Counted from the stretch's first letter, positions 1 to 11,455 are shown. The stretch: DNA of 45,756 nt from Octopus sinensis (GCF_006345805.1 NW_021834826.1:1-45756); one strand, 5' to 3'. Notes: generated by a model not told the origin, from the sequence alone. Numbers and translations: made by a program.

Positions 1-761
1 TAACTATATAAGCATTTTAGAGAGTAACTTCCCTTATATAATAGCAAAAAAATGCATTAAAAATGGGGAAAAAATGATGTTTTTTTTTTTTTAATCGTAG
101 ACTCATCGTAGACGCGCGATAATACCCAGAAGGGCTCGATATGGATCACGACTTTAAGATACCCGAATTTGGTTAAACTGCACCGCAAAATGTGGGAGGA
201 GTTAGGAATCTAAATCGTAGGAGACAGACACACAACTTCACTTTTATATATATAACTAGCAGTATCGCCCGGCGTTGCTCGGGTTTGTAAGGGAAATAAC
301 TATATAAGCATTTTTAGAGAGTTACTTCCCTTATAAATTCGGGCTTTCTTAGCCATTTTTGTTTGGTGTCTTCAAGCCATGAAGTCGTTGTTTTAAAAGA
401 ACGCTGGTCTCCTCACAACGCATTACGACCGTGATTTCTTTACACTCCCTTCCCCACAGCTTCACGAGGGAGGGAAGGGGGAGAAGCAAACAGGTGCAGC
501 TGTGAGCGTGGACGCCAACTCCGCCGCCATCGACACACGATGCATTTTATGCATTATGGAAATGGAATAAAAATGATGTTAAATTATTTTTAAAATCGTA
601 GACTCATCGTTGACGCGCGCTAATAGTCAGACGGGCTCGATATTAATCACGACTATAAGATACCCGAATTTGGTTAAACTGCACCGCAAAATGTGGGAGG
701 AGTTAGGAATGTAAATCGAAGGGGACAGACACTCACACAACTAGAGTTTTATATATATAGA
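1..761 (-). mobile_element. Tandem non-autonomous Helitrons: partial short variant (1-255) plus long variant (256-761)
   Basis: On the minus strand the long unit starts A^TC (761) and ends CTAG^T (256-259), with the hairpin CCCGAGCAACGCCGGG 8 nt before CTAG. These are canonical Helitron termini. Same family as 8292-9706 and 21639-22021. Confidence 0.85.
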
Positions 762-859
762 TATATAATCAAATCCCAATCAAATGGAAATTGTAGTTGT
801 GATCCCCGTGCCGGTGGCACATACATACATATGGTGATTGCCACTTGTTTGCAGAAGGT

Positions 860-1348
860 CACCTCTTCACTTAGTAAATGCTGTCGAGATCTTATATGAC
901 TGGCAAGTTCGCTTCTGGACAAGCAGACCCTCCTGCAGGTGTTACAACATTTTCAAGCAGAAAAGTGTCTGAGATTGAAGTCAAGCCCTGTAATATACGA
1001 AGTGCTCGTTTCAAGATGGATTGTCCGATTCTCTGTATATCAAATGCTTTACAAGCGTTGTAGATCGTTTCACTCCAAACCGATCGATTTCCCGTCATCT
1101 TCAACATTTTCACACAAAGAACCACAATGCTGCTTTTGACGGAATCCCTAAATCGTTTCTTGGGTTCATGTTTTGGGCGCTTACTAGACTACAGCTCCCC
1201 GTAAAATAACTGCTTAGGTAACCTGTCATCCTGCATCCTAATAAAGGGTCGAGTTCAACGGATTTCATTGCGTATGAGGAGCATTTCGGTAGAGGATGTG
1301 TTGGCTTGCCGAAGAACAGTGGAGTCAGCTGTTAAGGTCTTCAGTTTC
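860..1348 (-). mobile_element. RTE-clade LINE 3' fragment (degenerate ORF C-terminus)
   Basis: Minus-strand translation VLRQANTSSTEMLLIRNEIR*TRPFIRMQDDRLPKQLFYGEL*SSKRPKHEPKKRFRDSVK...NRSVWSETIY, then after a frameshift CNTCRRVCLSRSELASHIRS. Matches the RTE post-RT motif and C-terminal zinc finger. Confidence 0.85.
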
Positions 1349-1388
<40 letters not shown>

Positions 1389-1391
<3 letters not shown>

Positions 1392-1524
1392 AGGGCTGCT
1401 AAAAAGTTCCTGGCTTTGAGTAAGAGAAAATACAGGAGGAGCAGTTAATTTTGATTTCGTTCAACATATTCCACTCTCAGATTCACGAAACCCTTCAAGC
1501 CAGGAACTTATCAGCAACCCTCGT
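1389..1524. mobile_element. Mariner-derived MITE inserted in a (CA)n tract
   Basis: Imperfect ~28 bp TIRs (CGAAGGGCTGCTAAAAAGTTCCTGGCTT vs reverse complement of AAGCCAGGAACTTATCAGCAACCCTCG) with TA at the right end. The TIR resembles mariner (TA)CGAGGG...AAGT. Confidence 0.7.
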
Positions 1525-1612
1525 ACGCACACACACACACAGCTTCATACTTACTATTGTTGGAGCAATAGGATACGTACCAAGCTTTTGGGAGCAGAGA
1601 ACGACTGAACTT

Positions 1613-1662
1613 CGATTATTATTATTATTATTGTTGTTGTGTTGTTGTTGTTGTTGTTGTTA

Positions 1663-1718
<56 letters not shown>

Positions 1719-1720
1719 TA
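1613..1720. repeat. (TTA)n/(TTG)n microsatellite
   Basis: Directly visible trinucleotide repeat. Confidence 0.95.
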
Positions 1721-2064
1721 CTTTTAATCTCTTTAATCTCATATTTGTTACAATCACTTGCCGCGACACACCCAGCGTCCTAGGGCGAGTGAAGTACAAG
1801 AGAAAGCTTGGGGAGGGGAAGTGGTGTGGTCAGTAGCGAAATATCTTCATGTAATACAGCACACACATTTAAATTAATAATGTTTTTCTAAGGATGTGGG
1901 CAGTACTTGTCAGTACAATCTTTTGGATTTCTCTGAGACATGGTTCTCCGGGGATATTATCTAGATGTTTCTGACATCCCTTTCTTATCATAGCAAGGGT
2001 ACCTTCAGTAACAAGAACACTTCTCGCCGTGGCGGCGGTTGCGGCGCGGCATCATCATCATCAT

Positions 2065-2170
2065 CTGGAGCAACGTGAAATAAAGTGTCTTCCTCAAAGA
2101 CACAACGCATCGCCGGAAATTGAACTCACAGCCTTACAATCGTGAGCCTAATGCCCTAACCACTAAGCCA
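2065..2170 (-). mobile_element. 5' fragment of a family C-type tRNA-derived SINE
   Basis: Reverse complement resembles the head of 19246-19572 (GTGGCTTAGTGGTTAGGGCA...GAGTTCAATT...GACACTTTATTTCACGTTGCTCCA). Confidence 0.65.
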
Positions 2171-2867
2171 CTATATTTATAGTCAATCCAATCAAGAACA
2201 AGCAAGAAAAAACAACAACGCGAGGACGTGGTACAAGTACTGTGTTATTGCAGGCTCAGGAAAGGAAAGAAAAGAAAGAGGATTTCACATTTCGAGCAGA
2301 GCCCTTCATCAGAAATATAGAAAAAGTCCAAAGAAGGGAAGACGGAGAAAGAAAATTGCCAACGACACACATGCGGTCAATGAACTCCAACCAGGAAAAG
2401 GATACACACACACACACACACACATTCATTTATGTAGAGGGAGAAGAGGGGTTAATTTTTTCCTAACTAAATTATGTCAGGCTAAACAAAGGATTTTCCG
2501 TCTCCTGTCAGTCCTGACATAAGTTTCTGACTCGAATGATCAGCTAATGGCTGGAACTTCTCTAAGTTTCATATTTAATCCTCGTAAATTTCCTCGTGCA
2601 AAAGGCGACAACAATAGGAGAGAAACTGGTGGAAGAACCTAGATTTAATTTCAAATTTTGGCAAAGAATCTAGGAAGCTATTCGTCACACGTGTAAGCAT
2701 GTATAATTTGTATTTCATAGTTTAAATCCGAGAAAAATAGAGATTAATACGTACTCAATACAAGAAATGTAAAGTGTATATTGCTTTATACAAAACAATA
2801 CCTCACAACTTTAGAAATTTTGTGCTCCAGCATGGCCGCAGTCGAAATGACTGAAACAAGTAAAAGA

Positions 2868-2904
<37 letters not shown>

Positions 2905-3149
2905 AATTGAGATAGGGATTGTAAATGCAACCCTCCATGGGATAACATATATCCAATATACTGCTAGTGAAGTACCCAACAAAGTTAATACATAAATGTT
3001 AAGGATTGCGATGCAATCAATTCATTTACTGTATTATATGGGCAAAGGTAAAATGATTTACCACAAATTACTAAATAAAGTATGTGATTGAGTATTATCT
3101 GGTAATTGATATTTGATTTAGATGTATTTCTCCATTTTCTAATCTTGTA

Positions 3150-3576
3150 TATATATATATATATATATGTATATAATATATAAATATATGCATATATACA
3201 TACATATATGTACATACCTACGTATATGTGTATATATACATGCATATATGGGTACAGGACATAAAAAACGTTGAACACAAGAGAAACGAAAAGATAAAAA
3301 CAAAAACATAAAAACGAACTTTTTTCGAACAACGAAAAAAACAAATAGAGAAACGAGACATGCAACATAAAGAATATTCCCCTTCTTCAGTTGTCCCTGT
3401 TTCAACTACTCCACGTTCGAAGGCAAGGACAAGACGCAACGTCATTGAAACAATCCTTTCCGCAAAGCAAATTAAATAATTATTTGGGATTTTTTGCTGA
3501 GGGTGAAAGTGGTAACAAGAACAGGACAGTGAGAACACACACATACGCATGTATGTATGCCTATGTGTATTGTGTG

Positions 3577-3626
<50 letters not shown>

Positions 3627-3669
3627 TATATATATCTTTATATAGATGTATATTCAATTCATTTGTATT

Positions 3670-3711
<42 letters not shown>

Positions 3712-3730
3712 TATATATATAGTATATATA
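3150..3730. repeat. (TA)n/(TATG)n tracts flanking a dispersed-repeat-like segment
   Basis: Visible dinucleotide tracts at about 3148-3250 and 3578-3730. Confidence 0.8.
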
Positions 3731-4245
3731 CTAGCTTAAAAGCTGCAGTCTGTGCGGCGAACTTTGAAGCTAGCTCCTGCAGAGGGCTAATTGGTATTTT
3801 GGCCCAAAACTGAAAAGATCAATAATTATAAAACATTTACCGGTATCCTACCGTCTCAGGTTTATATCACAGAGTATCACATACGGGGAATTTCGTATCA
3901 CTGTGACATTCGGAGTTCAATGTAAAGCAGCAAGAGGAACAACATTCTTGGTTGACAGACAGAACGTCGCGTTTATTATTGGAGGTGTCGGAAGTGAGTG
4001 TCACAAGGTTTTGGTATTAAATTTAAAAAGTTTTTGTCGGTTTTCTGACACAGAATGTTGTGTTTATTATTATAGTTAAGAGAGGTAACTCTTGTAAACC
4101 GTTTGAAACCTCTCGCGGTCGCTTAACCCGCTAGAAATAGCACCCCAAATGCGCTTACATCAGATCCCAAAGCTGGATGTTCAAGAACCAAATGAAGGTC
4201 AGATCTTTAATCCCTGGATCATCCTGATTCCAAAAAGGTATAATA

Positions 4246-4420
4246 TGTGGGAGTGGCTGTGTGGTAAGTGGCTTACTTACCAACCACATGGCTCCGGGTT
4301 CAGTCCCACTGCGTGGCACCTTGGGCAAATGTCTTCTACTTTAGCCTCGGACCGACCAAAGCCTTGTGAGTGGATTTGGTAGACAGAAACTGAAAGAAGC
4401 CCGTCGTATATATGTATGTA

Positions 4421-4465
<45 letters not shown>

Positions 4466-4698
4466 TGTGTGTGTGTTGTGTGTGTGTGCGTGTGTTTGTG
4501 ATTCTGTGTTTGTCCCCCAACATCGCTTGACAATCGTTGCTGGTGTGTTGACGTCCCCGTACATTAGCAGTTCAGCAAAAGAGACCGATAGAATAAGTAC
4601 TAGCCTTACAAAGTCCTGGGGTTGATTTGCTCGACTAAAGGCGGTGCTCCAGCATGGCCGCTGTCAAATGGCTGAAACAAGTAAAAGAGTAGAAGAGT
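4246..4698 (+). mobile_element. SINE family B (head GGCGCAGGAGTGGCTGTGTGG, internal TG tract, tail GAAACAAGTAAAAGAG)
   Basis: Colinear with 7212-7635 and 42023-42428; A-box-like TGGCTGTGTGG and B-box-like GGTTCAGTCC. Resembles the octopus tRNA-derived SINEs (OK/OR naming not assignable from memory). Confidence 0.9.
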
Positions 4699-4780
4699 GA
4701 AACATTATGTCTATGTAAAGCGAATATAGAAGAGAGATAGAAGTGAGTCCCGGACAGAGAGAATTTCACTTTTATTTATA

Positions 4781-4893
4781 TACTCTTATACTCTTACTCG
4801 TTTCAGCCACGCGACTGCTGTCATGCTGGGGCACATTCTTTTATTGTTTTATTTGATTTAGTCATTTGACTGCGGCCATGCTGGAACACCACC
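4781..4893 (-). mobile_element. Two 3'-tip fragments of SINE family B, inverted relative to 4246-4698
   Basis: TACTCTT...TTTCAGCCAC...CATGCTGGGGCAC and GTCATTTGACTGCGGCCATGCTGGAACACC are reverse complements of the family B tail. Confidence 0.8.
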
Positions 4894-4929
4894 TTATCGC
4901 TCTGTATAATTTCTCTACCTATAACATAG

Positions 4930-5262
4930 TATTGACCAGATCATTAGATGCTGTAGTACACCGCTGGTCACAATACACTTCCAGTTATGCCCCGATTGCA
5001 CCGTTCTTGTCCATCTTGACCCAAATCGCTTAACCAAACCCTCTTACCATTGTCATGGAGACCCTCCAAATGCCCTTCTTCGATTTGTTGGATGCCACTC
5101 GTCAACTGCACGGCCCCATCTGTAGTCTATGAACCATGTGACATGCCCGGCTCGCCGGAACTTGAGCTTTCGGTATTCTGCGATCCCACCATTCACTCCG
5201 TTCCCTTCTCGAAATATTGCAATTCGAACATGCTCTCGCAATGATGTTCCTACTATGGACTT
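4930..5262 (-). mobile_element. RTE-type LINE 3' fragment
   Basis: Minus ORF ...IAEYRKLKFRRAGHVTWFIDYRWGRAVDEWHPTNRRRAFGGSP*QW*EGLVKRFG resembles the RTE motif LRWAGHVxRxxDxRWxxxxxEWxPxxxKRxxGRPxxRW. Confidence 0.75.
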
Positions 5263-5483
5263 TTCTATAATCCTTTACCCGCCCACCCCTCTCTCTATCT
5301 ATTTATCTATCTATCTCTAACTAATCAGAACAAGACAAAGAAAATTCTTTAACACATCTTTAGTGATTCGTTACAATTGTGTCTGCACCAATTCTGCTTG
5401 CAACGCCAGTTTACGCCAAAAATCGAAGTGAAAATTTACGTAATGTTTACGTAATAATTAGAAATCTCTATATACATATATAG

Positions 5484-5484
5484 C

Positions 5485-5563
<79 letters not shown>

Positions 5564-5728
5564 GGATGGATGATGGATGGATGGATGGATGGATGGGTGG
5601 GTGGGCGGGTGATTTTGGATGGATGGTGGGTGGGTGGGTGGGAGGGTGGGTGGATGGATGGATAGGTAAGTAGGTAGGTAGGTAAGTAGATAGATGGATG
5701 GATGGATGAATGGATGGATGGATGGATG

Positions 5729-5763
<35 letters not shown>

Positions 5764-5830
5764 TAGATAGACAGAGATAGACAGACAGACAGATAGAGGA
5801 TGGATGGATGGGTGGGTGGGTGTTTGGATG
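5484..5830. repeat. Compound (GATA)n/(GGAT)n/(GGGT)n tetranucleotide microsatellite
   Basis: Directly visible. Confidence 0.95.
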
Positions 5831-6027
5831 GATAAAGATGTACATATATATCATATTTAATAGCATAAAAAAAACTCGGGGGCGTATTAGATGCACCCCA
5901 ATTTCAGCAGCTCATATCAAGGTTTAAAAGGTTTTTGCGCATTAAAACGACTTTGCATGTAAGACCCGGGATGATATTTAAGTCAATTTTTTTGACAAAA
6001 AGAGCATCTTATAGGCTCTCAAATGTG

Positions 6028-6028
<1 letters not shown>

Positions 6029-6084
<56 letters not shown>

Positions 6085-6173
6085 TACATACATACATACA
6101 TACATACATACATACATACATACGTACGTACGTACGTACGTACATACATACATACATACATACATACATACAT

Positions 6174-6204
<31 letters not shown>

Positions 6205-6460
6205 TACATACATACATACATACATACACACACACACATACATACATACATACATACATACATACATACATACATACATACATACATACATACGTACATA
6301 CATACGTACGTACGTACGTACATACATAGATACATACATACATACATACATACATACATACATACATACATACATACGTACGTACGTACGTACGTACATA
6401 CATCATACATACATACATACATACATACAACATACATACATATATACATACATACATACA

Positions 6461-6492
<32 letters not shown>

Positions 6493-6530
6493 CATACATA
6501 CATACATACATACATACATACATACGTACA

Positions 6531-6564
<34 letters not shown>

Positions 6565-6586
6565 CGTACATACATACATACATACA

Positions 6587-6620
<34 letters not shown>

Positions 6621-6654
6621 CATACATACATACATACATACATACATACATACA

Positions 6655-6688
<34 letters not shown>

Positions 6689-6740
6689 CGTACATACATA
6701 CGTATGTATGTATATTATAATACACACGCGCGCGCACACA
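6029..6740. repeat. (CA)n followed by a long (TACA)n/(TACG)n array
   Basis: Directly visible; explains all ORFs at 5935-6787. Confidence 0.97.
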
Positions 6741-7049
6741 CAATTCTTTCATATTTTACCTACCAGCCGAACACAAACCTCTTCTGAACTTCTGGGTAAA
6801 ATTTAATCAATGTAATTAGGCAGCATTCTGTTTGTACAGATCTGAAATTTACTAAATGTAGCAAGGATTATCCTCCAATATTAATCACGATTAGTTTATG
6901 CTGATGTCTTCGTGAGAATCCACTCAGATATCGTCGTATTAAACAAAATCTGTTGAACAAGGTGTTGTAAGATAGCGTAAAGTCAAAATATTTAGAAGCG
7001 GACAATGGGTGGAAGCAAATAAAAAATGTATTTTTGAATTAGTGGAAGG

Positions 7050-7380
7050 GGCGATCTTTCGGTACAAGTACCATAACTGCCAAGTCTGTTTGTTTACATT
7101 TAAAGAAGAAGATCGTCACTTTCCGTAAAGTCTTTTTTTTATATATATGTGGGGTTAGGATTAGGGGTGGGGGAAAAGGGTTTCTTTTTTCTTCAGAAAT
7201 GTAAACAAACCGGCGCAGGAGTGGCTGTGTGGTAAGTAGCTTGCTAACCAGCCACATGGTTCTGGGTTCAGTCCCACTGTGTGGTACCTTGGGCAAGTAT
7301 CTTCAACTATAGCCTCGGGCCGACCAAAGCCTTGTGAGTGGATTTGGTAGACGGAAACTGAAAGAAGCCCGTCGTATATG

Positions 7381-7413
<33 letters not shown>

Positions 7414-7857
7414 GTGCGAGTGTGTTTGTGTGTCTGTGTTTGTCCCCCTAGCATTGCTTGACAACCGATGCTGGCGTGTTTATGTCCCCGTAACTTAGCG
7501 GTTCGGCAAAAGAGACAGATAGAATAAGTACTGGGCTTACAGAGAATAAGTCCCGGGGTCGATTTGCTCGACTGAAGGTGGTGCTCCAGCATGGCCGCAG
7601 TCAAATGACTGAAACAAGTAAAAGAGTAAAAGAGTATATATATTTATTGGCTAAACTGGCAAAATGACCATTCCGAAATATAACCGATAGAATAAGTACT
7701 GGGCTTACAAAGAATAAGTCCTGGGGTCGAGTTGCTCGATTAGAGGCGGTGCTCCAGCATGGCCGCAGTCAAATGGCTGAAACAAGTAAAAGAGTAAATG
7801 AGTAAACCCACGTGGGTTTATAATTAGCAGTTATGGTACTTGTACCGAAAGATCACC
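7050..7857. mobile_element. TIR element (MITE, possibly MULE-like) with nested SINE B copies
   Basis: 31 bp TIRs at 7050-7080 and 7827-7857 (GG[C/T]GATCTTTCGGTACAAGTACCATAACTGC, 1 mismatch). Flanks AGTGGAAGG / GGTGGAAGA form an imperfect 9 bp TSD (7/9). Confidence 0.7.
7212..7805 (+). mobile_element. SINE family B full copy (7212-7635) plus duplicated 3' part (about 7682-7805)
   Basis: Full head-to-tail match to 42023-42428. The second block repeats AACCGATAGAATAAGTACTGGGC...AGTAAA. Confidence 0.92.
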
Positions 7858-8291
7858 GGTGGAAGATGTTCCGCGAGACAATGTTATTTGCTAGAAAGAG
7901 AGAGTAAAAAGTGACAGCTTAACCAAGGTTACCATGAATGGCTAAAAAAAGTTAAAGGACGACAAAAGTTTTACTCCACTTTGAATAGCCAAAAAAATGG
8001 CTGACAGACAGCTAGTCTCTGATTGGCCGAAATTACGCACGTGACAACGGTGAAACTAAACTGTCGTCTGCTTTAAATCGTTAAATTACAGTCCCTCTCC
8101 CCGCCTCTAGATTGCTGGGAAATACAACAATCGATAAAAATCAATGTGTGAAATAACAGGTAGAGTAAACTGAATGAAGATACAAAATTGTTGAGAGGAG
8201 TGAATGACAAATATCGTGAGTCGGTAACTGAACCGAAATAAATGGCCACGTATACATGTGCCAGTTGCAAACGAGAAACAAGTATACGTAA

Positions 8292-9706
8292 CTAGCAGTA
8301 TCGCCCGGCGTTGCTCGGGTTTGTAAGGGAAATAACTATACAAGCATTTTTAGAGAGTTATAGCCAAAAAATAGCAAAAAAATGCATTAAAAATGGAAAA
8401 AAAATTATGGTAAATTTTTTTTTAAATCGTTGACTCATCGTAGGCATTTTTAGAGAGTTACTTCCCTTATTTAATAGCGAAAAATGCATTAAAATGGAAA
8501 AAAATGATGGTAAATTTTTTTTTAAATCGTAGACTCATCGTAGACGCGCGCTAATACCCAGAAGGGCTCGATATGAATCACGACTATAAGATACCCGGTT
8601 TTGGTTAAACTGCACCGCAAAATGTGGGAGTAGTTAGGAATCTAAATCGTAGGAGACAGACACACAACTTGACTTTTATATATAAAGACTAACAGTATCG
8701 CCCGGCGTTGCTCGGGTTTGTAAGGGAAATAACTATACAAGCATTTTTAGAGAGTTACTTCCTTTATAGATGCCAATTCGGGCTTTCTTAGCCATTCCTG
8801 TTTTGGTGTCTTCAAGCCATGAAGTCGTTGTTCTAAAAGAACGCTGGTCTCCTTGACAACGCTTTACGACGTTGATTTCCTTACACTCCCTTCTCCACAG
8901 CTTCACGAGGGAGGGAAGAAGGGGGAGAAGCAACACAGGTGCAGGTGTGACCATGGACGCCATCGACACACGAAAAATTATGCATTAAGATGGAATAAAA
9001 AATTATGTTAAATTATTTTTAAAATCGTAGACTCATCGTTGACGCGCGCTAATAGCCAGACGGGCTCGATATGAATCACGACTATAAGATACCCGAATTT
9101 GGTTAAACTGCACCGCAAAATGTGGGAGTAGTTAGGAATCTAAATCGAAGGGGACAGACACTCACACAACTACAGTTTTATATATATAGAAGACTAGCAG
9201 TATCGCCCGGCGTTGCTCGGGTTTGTAAGGGAAATAACTATATAAGCATTTTTAGAGAGTTACTTCCCTTATAGATGCCAATTCGGGCTTTCTTAGCCAT
9301 TTCTGTTTTTGTGTCTTCAAGCCATGAAGTCGTTGTTCTAAAAGAACGCTGGTCTCCTTGACAACGCATTACGACGTTGATTTCTTTACACTCCCTTCCC
9401 CACAGCTTCACGAGGGAGGGAAGAAGGGGGAGAAGCAAACAGGTGCAGCTGTGAGCGTGGACGCCAACTCCGCCGCCATTGACACACGAAAGATTATGCA
9501 TTAAAATGGAATAAAAAATGATGTTAAATTATTTTAAAAATCGTAGACTCATCGTTGACGCGCGCTAATAGCCAGACGGGCTCGATATGAATCACGACTA
9601 TAAGATACCCGAATTTGGTTAAACTGCACCGCAAAATGTGGGAGGAGTTAGGAATCTAAATCGAAGGGGACAGACACTCACACAACTAGAGTTTTATATG
9701 TATAGA
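8292..9706 (-). mobile_element. Three head-to-tail non-autonomous Helitrons (8292-8688 short, 8689-9193 long, 9194-9706 long)
   Basis: Each unit carries the 3' hairpin plus C/TTAG end and a 5' TC end. Outer target is A^TC...CTAG^T. Internal junctions read TTAG|TC and CTAG|TC. Confidence 0.88.
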
Positions 9707-9983
9707 TATGTGTACAAATATGCAAGTGAGTCCGCGCGGTATCTTTGCCAATTGGAAGTTTGGTCTTCAATTTTGAGCAGGCATTTGCACAAAAAGTACG
9801 AGATGTACTTTTATACGAGGAGAAAATGTTGGAAAATGAACATGGCAAGACCTTTCTATTGGAAAGGTGGAATGAACTATAATAATTAGTATTTTGCTTT
9901 CATCCCATTTCGTGCCGTTAATAAAAGCTTTTGGGGGATGAAGTAAAAATGGTGACTGCATGCTGTTGTCACGTATTATTATC

Positions 9984-10246
9984 TCTTTCTCTCCCCACCT
10001 GTCTCTCTCTCTCTCTCTCTCTCTGTCACTCTCCCTCACACACACACACATACCCACACTCTCTCTCTCTCACACACATACACACACTCTGTCTCTCACA
10101 CACACATACACTCTCCCTCACACACACACAGACACTCTCTCATACACATACACGCACATACACACGTTCTCTTACACACACTCTCTCTCTCCCTCTCTCT
10201 CTCCCTCCCTCCCTCTCTCTTCCTCTCCCTCCCCTCTCCCTCCTCC

Positions 10247-10290
<44 letters not shown>
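9984..10290. repeat. (CT)n/(CA)n compound low-complexity tract
   Basis: Directly visible. Confidence 0.93.
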
Positions 10291-10292
<2 letters not shown>

Positions 10293-10429
10293 CATAAGTA
10301 CCGGAACGAAATTTGCATAACCAGTTCCAACTCAGGGTGTTCAAAGTATTCTCATTGACCCCCACCAAAAATCTTTAGGGGTGCGCTTCTACCTCCTACC
10401 CCACCCCCATTCCCGAGCCTACGTGTGCG

Positions 10430-10643
10430 AGTGTTTTGTGTGTGTACAAATATATGTACATGTGTGTGTATGTGTGTGTATGTGTCTATGTGTGCATGCG
10501 TGTGTGAGTGTGTGTGTGTACATATATATATATGCATATGTGTGTGTGCGCGTATGTGTGTATGCGTGTGTATGTGTGTGTATGTGTGCATGCATGTGTA
10601 AGTGTGTATGTATAAGTGTGTATGTGTAAGTGTGTGTGTGTAA

Positions 10644-10676
<33 letters not shown>

Positions 10677-10769
10677 TGTATGTGTGCATGCGTGTGTATG
10701 TGTGTGTATGTGTGCATGCATGTGTAAGTGTGTATGTATAAGTGTGTATGTGTAAGTGTGTGTGTGTAA

Positions 10770-10802
<33 letters not shown>

Positions 10803-11392
10803 TGTATGTGTGCATGCGTGTGTATGTGTGTGTATGTGTGCATGCATGTGTAAGTGTGTATGTATAAGTGTGTATGTGTAAGTGTGTGTGTGTAAGTGTG
10901 TGTGTGTGTGTTGTGTGTGTGTGTGTATGTGTGCATGCGTGTGTATGTGTGTGTATGTGTGCATGCATGTGTAAGTGTGTATGTATAAGTGTGTATGTGT
11001 AAGTGTGTGTGTGTAAGTGTGTGTGTTGTGTGTGTGTATGTGTGTGTATGTGTGCATGCGTGTGTATGTGTGTGTATGTGTGCATGCATGTGTAAGTGTG
11101 TATGTATAAGTGTGTATGTGTAAGTGTGTGTGTGTAAGTGTGTGTGTGGTGTGTGTGTGGTGTGTGTGTGTGTGTTGTGTGTGTGTGTGTTGTGTGTGTG
11201 TGTGTATGTGTGCATGCATGTGTAAGTGTGTATGTATAAGTGTGTATTGTAAGTGTGTGTGTGTAAGTGTGTGTGTGTGTGTGTGTGTGTGTGTAAGTGT
11301 GTGTGTGTGTGTATGCGTGTGTATGTGTGTGTATGTGTGCATGCATGTGTAAGTGTGTATGTATAAGTGTGTATGTGTAAGTGTGTGTGTGT

Positions 11393-11426
<34 letters not shown>

Positions 11427-11455
11427 GTGTGTGTGTAAATGTGTGTGTGTGTAAA
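10430..11455. repeat. TG-based minisatellite with a ~121-130 bp higher-order unit, about 7 copies
   Basis: Marker TGCATGTGTAAG recurs at 10591, 10717, 10843, 10964, 11085, 11215 and 11342. Confidence 0.9.

Noticed and set aside
2472-2522. 10 bp inverted repeat TTATGTCAGG/CCTGACATAA as a possible pre-miRNA
   Set aside because: Interior pairs poorly and the stem is too short for a miRNA hairpin.
3365-3402. CTGAAGA on the minus strand in a dispersed repeat
   Set aside because: No GAAA or stem III follows, so it is not a hammerhead. The CTGAAGA at about 44427 and CTGATGA at about 35531-35537 (-) fail in the same way.
5860-6030. Possible pogo/Tigger-like MITE right end (GCATCTTATAGGCTCTCAAATGTGGTA)
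   Set aside because: No matching left TIR was found and the similarity is too loose.
5935-6787. 250-260 aa ORFs (HTYI/MYVC repeats)
   Set aside because: Pure translations of the (TACA)n microsatellite. The same applies to ORFs at 10352-11485, 14020-14517, 15549-16108, 28417-29016, 39224-40084 and 43614-44171.
9730-9882. Protein-like open stretch LPIGSLVFNFEQAFAQKVRDVLLYEEKMLENEHGKTFLLERWNEL
   Set aside because: No family recognised and splice signals are weak; cannot be supported without BLAST or RNA-seq.
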